In this document: piece by piece, positions 51,457-59,287 of the stretch | How the letters are laid out: every line of letters begins with the position of its first letter | Position numbering within the stretch: position 1 is the first letter of the stretch | NCBI GenBank assembly: GCA_963806185.1 | Contig: CAWDXE010000003.1 | Location: 160,001-224,000 of the forward strand | DNA length: 64,000 bases | DNA from: an uncultured candidate division Zixibacteria bacterium | Lineage (GTDB): Bacteria; Zixibacteria; MSB-5A5; GN15; FEB-12 | Direction of reading: 5' to 3' | Program-made: the position numbers and the translations under genes | Notes under the pieces: generated by a model | Databases searched by the model: none | Told to the model about the DNA's origin: nothing | Seen by the model: the letters and a program-made list of their open reading frames with translations, nothing else

Positions 51457-51943
51457 TCAATCCTGAAAGATATCGTCGAGCTTATTCTGGGCGGCGTCGG
51501 CGAAATTCTGCGGAGACGGTCGGTTTCTGGCCGGTCTTCTGTCGAATTTCATCAAACACCCGAGCCAGTTCGGCTGCGGTTTCTTTTGCATACAGGCGCA
51601 CCATGCCGATCGTCGTGCGATCATCGAAGATCACCACCAGGATCGACCGGTCGCCCACGATCGACATGTGGATGTGGTCCTTCTTGCCCTGATGGAAGAG
51701 CACGGAGAATTCCGGTTCACCCACCAGTCGCGCGATCTCTTTGGTCGAGGCAAAGGAACCGGCGAGCAGGGCCGCCAGCGCAGTCGTATCCAGCGAGTGG
51801 GTAAAACCCTGACGCGTGATCAGATGGCCGTCTTTGTCGACCAGCAAAGCACACTTCGCCTCGCACCCTTTAAGCAGTTTGTTCAGAAGAGCATCGATCT
51901 TGGTGATCTCTTCCTCGTAGATAATAAGGCTCTCTTGAGACAT
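51457..51943 (-). CDS. mglB: MglB roadblock/LC7 GTPase-activating protein (one apparent indel at ~51506)
   Basis: ALLVDKDGHLI, LDTTALAALLAG, LVGEPEFSVLFHQGKKDHIH, IFDDRTTIGMVRL. The corrected tail reads AEFADAAQNKLDDIFQD. Confidence 0.88.
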
Positions 51944-51958
51944 CTCGCCCTCCTCAGA

Positions 51959-52993
51959 CTATTTCAAACCAAACAGCCGTTTGAAGAAGCCGCGCTTTTT
52001 TGCCTCTTGGCGCTTACGTAACGACGGAGCCATCGTCGGTGTGCTGGACGCGTTTGGCGCTTCCTCGGCTTTGGACCGTTTTTCGACTGGAGAATATGAA
52101 TCCATGGCTAATGGCGATTGAGTGCCGGCCGCAGGCGCCGGAGGCGCGGTGGAAATTCCACCGGTACCCTCGGCTGACCGTCCTCCCGGATACGGGCGAT
52201 AGGCTGCGGCTCGAACCGGCTCGGCAGGACGAGCGTCCATGACCGGTGCGGTCTGGGTCGTAACGGGAAGATCGCCGTATGACGGCAAAGTGCTGACCGG
52301 TGCCGGCGTAGGTTGAAGAATGCGCAGCGGTTGCGAATCGGCGGCGGTCGGCGCAATGGCAGCCGGCTCAGGCTGCGGGGCGTGGACAGTTGCGGCAACG
52401 CGCGGCACGCTGGTCGACTTGGCCTTTTCCAGCACGAGTCTGATAATCAGCTTAAGCGTATCAAACACGCCCACACCGCTCGGCGCGGCTGCTTCAAAAG
52501 TCGGTACGCCGCGCTTATTGAGCTGAGCGTTGAGTTCGTCCACCGAAAGGACATTGGGCAGATCGCGCTTGTTGTACTGGATAACGAGGGGGATATCAGC
52601 CATGTCGTAGCCGTACTCGACCAGATTCTCTTCCAGGTTCAACAACGACTCGATGTTCTCATCCATTTTGTCCGGCTGACTGTCGGCGACAAAGACAATC
52701 CCGTCGACACCCCGCAAAACCAGCTTACGGGTAGCGTTGTAATACACCTGGCCCGGAACGGTGTACAACTGGAATTTCGCCGAGAAGCCGTTGATCGTGC
52801 CAATATTGATAGGCAGGAAGTCGAAGTAGAGCGTGCGGTCGGCCTCGGTCGCCAGCGAGATGAGCTTGCCGCGTGTCGTTTGCGGCACTTTGGCATGGAC
52901 GTACTGCAGATTGGTCGTCTTGCCCGACAGACCCGGGCCGTAGTAGACAATCTTGCAGCAGACCTCCCGCGAAGAGTAATTTATAGATACCAT
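51959..52993 (-). CDS. mglA: MglA small GTPase with long C-terminal extension
   Basis: KIVYYGPGLSGKTTNL, DRTLYFDFLP, YTVPGQVYY, GIVFVADSQ, QYNKRDL. About 150-aa Pro/Ala-rich tail. Confidence 0.93.
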   Translation of the reverse strand: MVSINYSSREVCCKIVYYGPGLSGKTTNLQYVHAKVPQTTRGKLISLATEADRTLYFDFLPINIGTINGFSAKFQLYTVPGQVYYNATRKLVLRGVDGIVFVADSQPDKMDENIESLLNLEENLVEYGYDMADIPLVIQYNKRDLPNVLSVDELNAQLNKRGVPTFEAAAPSGVGVFDTLKLIIRLVLEKAKSTSVPRVAATVHAPQPEPAAIAPTAADSQPLRILQPTPAPVSTLPSYGDLPVTTQTAPVMDARPAEPVRAAAYRPYPGGRSAEGTGGISTAPPAPAAGTQSPLAMDSYSPVEKRSKAEEAPNASSTPTMAPSLRKRQEAKKRGFFKRLFGLK

Positions 52994-53027
52994 AGTTTCG
53001 GCTCAGTGCGATATTAGGGTGCTCTGT

Positions 53028-53366
53028 TCAGGCCATTCGCAACCGCGAAATGGCGTTTTTGATCTCCAGTCTCACCAGACCGATGTTCACTTCCTTCTGA
53101 GTTGTGACCACCAGAATACCGATGCCGGCGTCGGTGAAAAACATTTTGGCATCATCCGCCTCAATCGTCACTTGCGACAGCGGCTGAGTGCGCAGGCGAT
53201 CCAGCGATTTTTGGATGTTGCTGGTTATCGACGCCGCGAGGGCACCAACCGTCTCGCCTTCCATGCCCGTTTCCAGGTCGGCGGCGATGACAATACCGTC
53301 ATTACCGACTACCATTGAGCCGGTGATTCCGGGTGTCTTATTCAGTTCATTGAGCACTTGATACAT
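53028..53366 (-). CDS. stand-alone roadblock/LC7 domain protein
   Basis: LNKTPGITGSMVVGNDGIVIA...VGALAASI...NIGLVRLEI. Confidence 0.85.
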   Translation of the reverse strand: MYQVLNELNKTPGITGSMVVGNDGIVIAADLETGMEGETVGALAASITSNIQKSLDRLRTQPLSQVTIEADDAKMFFTDAGIGILVVTTQKEVNIGLVRLEIKNAISRLRMA

Positions 53367-54327
53367 AGCTCTTCTCCGCGTTAGCCTGCGCCTTCTGACC
53401 GTAGCGCTCGGACATGTATTTTCTGATCATATCCATTGCCTGGGTGATGCGAATGTGCACCAGATCTTCGGTCTGGCGATCAGACACCACCATCAGATAG
53501 AAATTCTGACCGCGGGCGACGACCACGCGTTCATCGCGCAGGGTGACATCGATCCGCTCGGCATTAGCCAGTTTTCCCCGGCTCAGTATCGGTTGATTCT
53601 GTTCAAATAGCAGCAGCGCCAGGGGCGCCACATCTTCCGGGACGGTGTCGCCCCGCTTGAAACTGCCCAGTAACAAGCCTTCGGCGTCAATCACGGCCGC
53701 CATTTGCACCGACTGTTGCTCGCCTATATAGCGGGCGGCACGATCAAAGCCTCCTGATTCCGGATGGTTCGCCGGTTCGGTCGTTTTAGACCATTGGCGC
53801 ATCTCAGGTTCGGCGTGAGGCTGCGGCCGAAATGATTCACTCGCTGCACGCGCGGGCTCTTTTGGGTGCGTACGCGGCGGTTCGGACGTTTCGGGTGCAT
53901 ATGGCTGGATGACGACCTGCGGGCGACGAGCCGGCTCGCCGAGCATCTGCATGACGACCGGCCGCATGATGAAGGGCGTCGCGATGATTTGCAGAAGCAG
54001 TCCGGGCAAGTAGGTGGACATGGTCAACTGGAGCGCGACCTCCATGTCCATCTTATACACCATGGCCACCAGTAGTCCAAACACAGCGCTCAGGGCCAGG
54101 CGATAGACGACACAGAGCCCCGAACCCTGAATCAGTCGGAACAACGAGACGCGGCGATTGAAGGCGTAGAGTACCACACCGTAGAACACCAGCTCGTACA
54201 GCAAGTTGATCACGGACACGTTCAGCAGGTTGGTGCCGAATCGTTTCGGGAATAACACCATCACGCCGACCAGAACCAGAAGGCTGAAGAGCGCTACCCG
54301 TTGACCAATGCGACCAATTCGTTCCAT
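53347..54327 (-). CDS. 4-TM membrane protein with Pro-rich linker and C-terminal roadblock/LC7 domain
   Basis: Four hydrophobic segments, a PETSEPP linker, then VQMAAVIDAEGLLLGS...VAPLA...IRITQA roadblock pattern. Confidence 0.7.
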   Translation of the reverse strand: MERIGRIGQRVALFSLLVLVGVMVLFPKRFGTNLLNVSVINLLYELVFYGVVLYAFNRRVSLFRLIQGSGLCVVYRLALSAVFGLLVAMVYKMDMEVALQLTMSTYLPGLLLQIIATPFIMRPVVMQMLGEPARRPQVVIQPYAPETSEPPRTHPKEPARAASESFRPQPHAEPEMRQWSKTTEPANHPESGGFDRAARYIGEQQSVQMAAVIDAEGLLLGSFKRGDTVPEDVAPLALLLFEQNQPILSRGKLANAERIDVTLRDERVVVARGQNFYLMVVSDRQTEDLVHIRITQAMDMIRKYMSERYGQKAQANAEKSYVSSAQ

Positions 54328-54342
54328 GGCGGTTCCTTCCGG

Positions 54343-55200
54343 CTACTCCTGGTATCGTTCCATAAGGGAGCCGATGCGCATGCGCAGAGTTCCCAGGTTA
54401 ATCTTCCCCTCGCCGACAAAGACAAACAGATGCTTTCCGGCACGTACCATATACAGTATCGGATCGGGCGTCTCAATCAGGACAGTTTTTACACGACCGA
54501 ACGAAGATTTCATCAATTCCTGCATGCAGAAGGCATTGACTTCAGCCATGATTGCACCGCAAAGCGAGGCATCCATGGAAATCGTCCACTCCGTATCTAC
54601 CACCAGTCCGTCCCGATTGACATACAGACCGCCCTGCATCAGGGGTATTCCTATGGCGGCGGTGAGTATGCCCCGGGCATCGAGCGGTCCTGCGGCCAGC
54701 GCATCAGGCGTCGGCGTCACTGCACTCGTGGCGATGGCCAATCGGGCTTCTTCCGGCCGCACATTTATTGCCGACTGCTCATCCGGCAGTCGCTGGGCAA
54801 TCTCGAGTAATTTTGAAATCTGCGGATTGCCGGCATCGGTCTGGTGCAATTTCTTCAGAAGCTTGATTGCGTGGCTGAACTCGCCCTTGTAGATGTGTAT
54901 TTCCGCGAGCAGCAGTTCCGTCGTTCTATTGGCACCTTCGAGATCAATCGCTTTGCGTACCTCGGTCTCCGCCCAGTCGTACAGACCACGATCCAGATTG
55001 ATTTTGGCCATCACCAGGTGCGCTGACGCATACGACGGATGTATTCGCAGTCCATTCTGGCAAATGCGAAACGCCTTGTCCAATTCACCCCGCTTACGGT
55101 AGGCTTCCGCCAACGCGGCAAAGATCTGCGAATTTGGATCACCATCCAGGATTCGCTGACACTTCTGGAGACGGTCGTCAATTTCCGGTGCAGTGTTCAT
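54343..55200 (-). CDS. TPR protein with C-terminal roadblock-like domain
   Basis: FAALAEAYRKRGELDKAFRICQNGLRIHPSYASAHLVMAK TPRs; C-terminal GGLYVNRDGLVVD...INLGTLRMRI. Confidence 0.75.
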   Translation of the reverse strand: MNTAPEIDDRLQKCQRILDGDPNSQIFAALAEAYRKRGELDKAFRICQNGLRIHPSYASAHLVMAKINLDRGLYDWAETEVRKAIDLEGANRTTELLLAEIHIYKGEFSHAIKLLKKLHQTDAGNPQISKLLEIAQRLPDEQSAINVRPEEARLAIATSAVTPTPDALAAGPLDARGILTAAIGIPLMQGGLYVNRDGLVVDTEWTISMDASLCGAIMAEVNAFCMQELMKSSFGRVKTVLIETPDPILYMVRAGKHLFVFVGEGKINLGTLRMRIGSLMERYQE

Positions 55201-55265
55201 GCGTGATGCCAACTAATTAGCTTTCTAACAAGAAGTTACCCGACCGCAATATTTTCGGTCAGGTA

Positions 55266-55294
55266 AATATAAATCGCCCTTAAAGTTAAGTCAA
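55266..55294 (-). promoter_or_regulatory. sigma70 promoter upstream of the TPR-roadblock-mglAB-pilB run
   Basis: TTGACT-N17-TATATT. Confidence 0.6.
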
Positions 55295-55311
55295 CTGCTT
55301 TCAATCGTGCC

Positions 55312-55677
55312 CTACCCCAGCGACCGTCGGGTTTCGAAAAGACCAAAGAGGAACAAGCCGGCCATCAACACCAGCAGGGTCGGGACCACCCAGTTGGGAA
55401 GTACGACCACGCCAAAAAGGTGCAGCAACACGGCCAGTTGACTGACGGCCAGTAGAAAGAAACCGATCAGAAACAACTGCCAACTGCGACTGAGCTGTCC
55501 GCCCCGTACCAGAGATAGCACTCGGACGCTGAAGACAACGCAGATGATCGCCCCCGCGAAAATCACCAGAGTCAGCAAGGTGGGCGGATTAGGAATCACC
55601 GCCACCGGGGCCGCATTGACAGCCTCAGCCCCACTTGCCGCCAACCCAACGGCTGTTAGAAGAGTCCGCACACTCAT
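55312..55677 (-). CDS. small 3-TM hypothetical membrane protein
   Basis: Signal-like N-terminus plus three hydrophobic helices. Starts 1 nt after the DUF4388 stop. Confidence 0.7.
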   Translation of the reverse strand: MSVRTLLTAVGLAASGAEAVNAAPVAVIPNPPTLLTLVIFAGAIICVVFSVRVLSLVRGGQLSRSWQLFLIGFFLLAVSQLAVLLHLFGVVVLPNWVVPTLLVLMAGLFLFGLFETRRSLG

Positions 55678-55678
55678 G

Positions 55679-56887
55679 TTACCCTCTCACCATTTTAACC
55701 ACTTTTTCGGCCCGCTTTAAGGTGCTGTAGAAACTGTCCTCGAGACCAAACCGCTTCACCATGTCACGGCGATGCGCCAGCGGCTCGGAGATTTCCTTTT
55801 TGACTTCGCCCATCGCTTCCCGATACGTACCCTCACCCAATAGCTGATAGACATAGATGAGTTGTTCCGACAACATCCGTTCCAGTCCGGACATAAGCGT
55901 GTAGTACCGGGTGGACTCCGGTAATGATTTTACCGACGCCAGAAATTTCTCAAAGGTCGGCTGCATGTCGGTGCCTGAGCTCACTCCGGGAAAGAAACTG
56001 AAGATGCCGGCGCGATATTGCGCCTGGAAGGCCGGGAATTTGGAGTTGGTATCGCCCACCTTCTTTTCCACCACGTCGCGAATGTGACAAAAACAGGCAT
56101 TAAACATGTTGAACAGAATTGCCATGATCACCTCTTCCTCATCCTCTTCCTGAACCGGTGTCGCCTCGCGGCGGCCGGCTACTTCGATGAGGTGACCAAG
56201 GATGAGCCGGTAGATCGCCCGGCAACTGACGAATTCGCCCATGGGCGACATTTCAATCAATTCGGGCAGAACGCGCTCGCCGTTGATCAGCGAAAGCATC
56301 CGAAACTCATCCATCGAAATGGACAATTCCTCACGATTGACTTTCGGCGACTTGGCAATTCGCAACAGCACGTCGTCAGGCGGCAGTACCTTCTGAATCT
56401 CGATCCACTCGTCAATGCGACGGGTACCTTCCATGATGACGTTCATGGTACTCAGTTCAATCAGGAAGGGGGCATTCTTCGGCGCCGTATTCTCGTGGAA
56501 GAAGAAGTCGCCGTCGTGCCATGAAAACAGGTTGTAGACGATCTCTTCAATCTGCAGCTTCAGACACTGAGCGATTTCATCTTTGTCGAAAAGATTCATG
56601 TCGATGAGCGTCGTTCCCAGCTGGCGACCGGTCTGCTTGTGCAAGGTGATTGCCTTCTCGAGATCATGCTTGGATATCTTGCCGCGTTTGAGCAGCAAGT
56701 TGCCAAGCAGGTCCTCCGTGGCATTGACTGACGAAGCAAAGATGATATTACCGTCGCGGAAGGCTACTTCCTTTTGACGGCGAGCTGTCTTGCATTCAAG
56801 GATGCCGGTCTTCTTGCCCGACGCCAGAAGCTGCAGGATATCCGGGAATGATACTGTTTTCAAATTTCCTGATAAACTCATCGCCAC
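55679..56887 (-). CDS. DUF4388 (PatA_N) domain protein with MshEN-like segment
   Basis: LSGNLKTVSFPDILQLLASGKKTGIL, LFSWHDGDFFF, VIMEGTRRIDEW. Confidence 0.85.
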   Translation of the reverse strand: MAMSLSGNLKTVSFPDILQLLASGKKTGILECKTARRQKEVAFRDGNIIFASSVNATEDLLGNLLLKRGKISKHDLEKAITLHKQTGRQLGTTLIDMNLFDKDEIAQCLKLQIEEIVYNLFSWHDGDFFFHENTAPKNAPFLIELSTMNVIMEGTRRIDEWIEIQKVLPPDDVLLRIAKSPKVNREELSISMDEFRMLSLINGERVLPELIEMSPMGEFVSCRAIYRLILGHLIEVAGRREATPVQEEDEEEVIMAILFNMFNACFCHIRDVVEKKVGDTNSKFPAFQAQYRAGIFSFFPGVSSGTDMQPTFEKFLASVKSLPESTRYYTLMSGLERMLSEQLIYVYQLLGEGTYREAMGEVKKEISEPLAHRRDMVKRFGLEDSFYSTLKRAEKVVKMVRG

Positions 56888-56942
56888 AACCCTTTAAGCC
56901 CGAAATCGGTCGGGCTAGGCCGGTCGTAATTTGTCTTTGAGA

Positions 56943-56970
56943 GTATCGGGTTATTCGGATGATTTCTTAA
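56943..56970 (-). promoter_or_regulatory. putative sigma28 (FliA/WhiG)-like promoter for the DUF4388 gene
   Basis: TTAAG-N15-CCCGATAC. Confidence 0.5.
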
Positions 56971-57010
56971 CTCCAGATTGACAAAGTGATGGCACAGATC
57001 GTTGTACCAT

Positions 57011-59281
57011 TCAATCCGGCAGCGAGATAGTCACCGAAGTCGAGCGACTGAGGTCTGAAATCCATTCGGGCAGTGCAAGGTCAGCGGCACGAGCGCCCTC
57101 GTCTTCCGGCAACGCCTGTTCAATTCTTGAACAGATAATCCGTTTGACGCCCGATCGCTGCAGGGCAAGCCAGTCGTCGGGAGTCGGTCGCCAGGTACGC
57201 CCACAAATCCAGATATCGGGTTGCTCGAGAATCTCCGGAGCGCCGGGCAGGGAACGGGTGATTAGTACTGAGTGCCGGTCGGTAATGATCAGGACGCCCC
57301 GGCTGTCGGCTCGAACCGAAGCGGTTTGTCCTGATGCCTCTCCCCCGAATTCTCGGATAGCCATCTGACCTTCCAGGCCAAGCCGATCGGCCGTTTCGCG
57401 AACAGATCCGCCAAGTCGAGCGTCGACATACAGCGTGTCGATGTGAGCCGAAACTGCAAACCTCAACAAGTCGTCGGCTGCTCCGTAATCTCCGGCCAGA
57501 ACAAAAAGGCGACCCGGACGACTTAAGTGCTGTGTTTCGACGATGGGTCGGAGAATTCGACGATCCAGGTCGTACGGCCTTTCGAGAAGACCGGTAATGA
57601 CCATAGCGGTGGAAGAATCGGGGGATGTAACCGACACCGCTATGCCCCCGGGAACGGTATTGATGCGGAGGAGGCGATCGTTGTCTGACGGCGTTTGAAG
57701 GGAAAGGCTGAGCAGCATTGTATTCAAATAGACAGCGGCGAGCAGCAGGCTGAGCCGGCGGGCAGGCTTATGGCTAAGACTCCAGCCAAGAACGGCAATA
57801 AGACCATAGATGAAGACAAGGTTGAGGATTGCCGATGCCTGCCCGCCGAAGATTGGCAGTTGGAGTCCCGGGAAATGTCCGCTGCCGAAGAAGTCCGTGA
57901 ACCATCGCAGAAGAAGGAGAACGGGGTGAACCAGTGATCCGAGAAAGGCGCCCGCCACGGGAAGCAACAGGTGCGCAGTCAACATGGCCAAGGTGCCAAG
58001 GGTAGCCACCGCGGCCATGGGCACAACCACCAGGTTGGCGAAGACAGATATCATGGGTACTGTTCCGAAGTAGTAGGCGATCAGCGGTGTCGAACAGAGC
58101 TGGGCCACCAGAGAGACCAGGGCGGGAAAAAGCAACCAGCGGTACCACCGGCGGTGCTGTACCGATTCAAATCTGGCAGCAACGTGGGGCATGAGAAGAA
58201 TCAAGCCCCAGGCGCACGCAAATGACAATTGGGCGCCGATGTCAAACAATTGTGCCGGGTCAAAGAGCAGGACAAGTACTGCGGTGAGTGCGATGATGTT
58301 GTGCAGATCGATCTTCCGCTGCAGCATCCGTGCGACGATCACCAGAACCGCCATAACTGATGCCCGGACGACTGACGGTTCTGCATAGCAGACCAGGGCG
58401 AACATGACCACGACCATTAGCAGCACGATCGAGCGAGCGCGGCCAAAGGCACTCAAAGGTCGAAGCAGCAGAATTGTAAAGAGACATACCAGGGCAACGT
58501 TGCCGCCCGACACCGCCAGAACATGCAGTGTTCCGCTGTCGCGGAACCGCTGGTACACGTCGACTGGGATGCCACGTGTTTCGCCTATCAGAAATCCGGC
58601 AGCGAGCGCCCGCGTATCTTCGGGAAGATCGGCATTTATTGCACCGACGATGACGTCATGAAGCCGGTCAGCCAAGCCGAATATTCCCCACGGATAACGC
58701 CGGTCAACGCGGACGTCGAGGAGGGTAGGCAGGTATACAATAGCAGAAATGCCGCGCAAAGACAGGCGTCGACGGTAGTCGTTCCGATCCCAGGCATCCG
58801 GCCGTCCGGTCGGATACAAACGTCCGATGAATTCGATCCGGTCGCCTCGCTGCAGCGCTGTGGTGGTGTCGGTAACTTTCAGGAGTATGGCGCCGCCGAC
58901 CGGCCGGTTGTAACCGTCCGGAGCCCCAAGCGAATCGAGAGCGATCGTCAGTTCGGTTTGGTCGACTCTGATGTTTGGCCAGTCGCTGATCTTCCCAAAG
59001 ATATGGGCTCGCTCAGGTACGATGACGACGCGAGAGACATGCGACGGCCCGACTGTGATGTAGCGCAGGCTGAAATGTGCGCCGGCCAGGAGTCCGATCG
59101 CCAGACCGAACGCGATAGCGGCGGCAATCCGCCAAGTGAGTCGGTTGGCGACAAACGCGAAAACGACCGCACCCGTTGCAAGCACGAAAAACAGCCATGC
59201 GGAAATGCTGAACTGGCTGGCCAGTGCAATCGACGGAACAGTGAAACTGAGCAGAAACAGGCTCGGATATTTTCCGAACAT
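57011..59281 (-). CDS. comEC: DNA uptake channel ComEC/Rec2
   Basis: OB (DUF4131) region, FRDSGTLHVLAVSGGNV, PSVVRASVM, DIGAQLSF, ANLVVVP. Degenerate C-terminal MBL region. Confidence 0.88.
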   Translation of the reverse strand: MFGKYPSLFLLSFTVPSIALASQFSISAWLFFVLATGAVVFAFVANRLTWRIAAAIAFGLAIGLLAGAHFSLRYITVGPSHVSRVVIVPERAHIFGKISDWPNIRVDQTELTIALDSLGAPDGYNRPVGGAILLKVTDTTTALQRGDRIEFIGRLYPTGRPDAWDRNDYRRRLSLRGISAIVYLPTLLDVRVDRRYPWGIFGLADRLHDVIVGAINADLPEDTRALAAGFLIGETRGIPVDVYQRFRDSGTLHVLAVSGGNVALVCLFTILLLRPLSAFGRARSIVLLMVVVMFALVCYAEPSVVRASVMAVLVIVARMLQRKIDLHNIIALTAVLVLLFDPAQLFDIGAQLSFACAWGLILLMPHVAARFESVQHRRWYRWLLFPALVSLVAQLCSTPLIAYYFGTVPMISVFANLVVVPMAAVATLGTLAMLTAHLLLPVAGAFLGSLVHPVLLLLRWFTDFFGSGHFPGLQLPIFGGQASAILNLVFIYGLIAVLGWSLSHKPARRLSLLLAAVYLNTMLLSLSLQTPSDNDRLLRINTVPGGIAVSVTSPDSSTAMVITGLLERPYDLDRRILRPIVETQHLSRPGRLFVLAGDYGAADDLLRFAVSAHIDTLYVDARLGGSVRETADRLGLEGQMAIREFGGEASGQTASVRADSRGVLIITDRHSVLITRSLPGAPEILEQPDIWICGRTWRPTPDDWLALQRSGVKRIICSRIEQALPEDEGARAADLALPEWISDLSRSTSVTISLPD

Positions 59282-59287
59282 ACGGCA

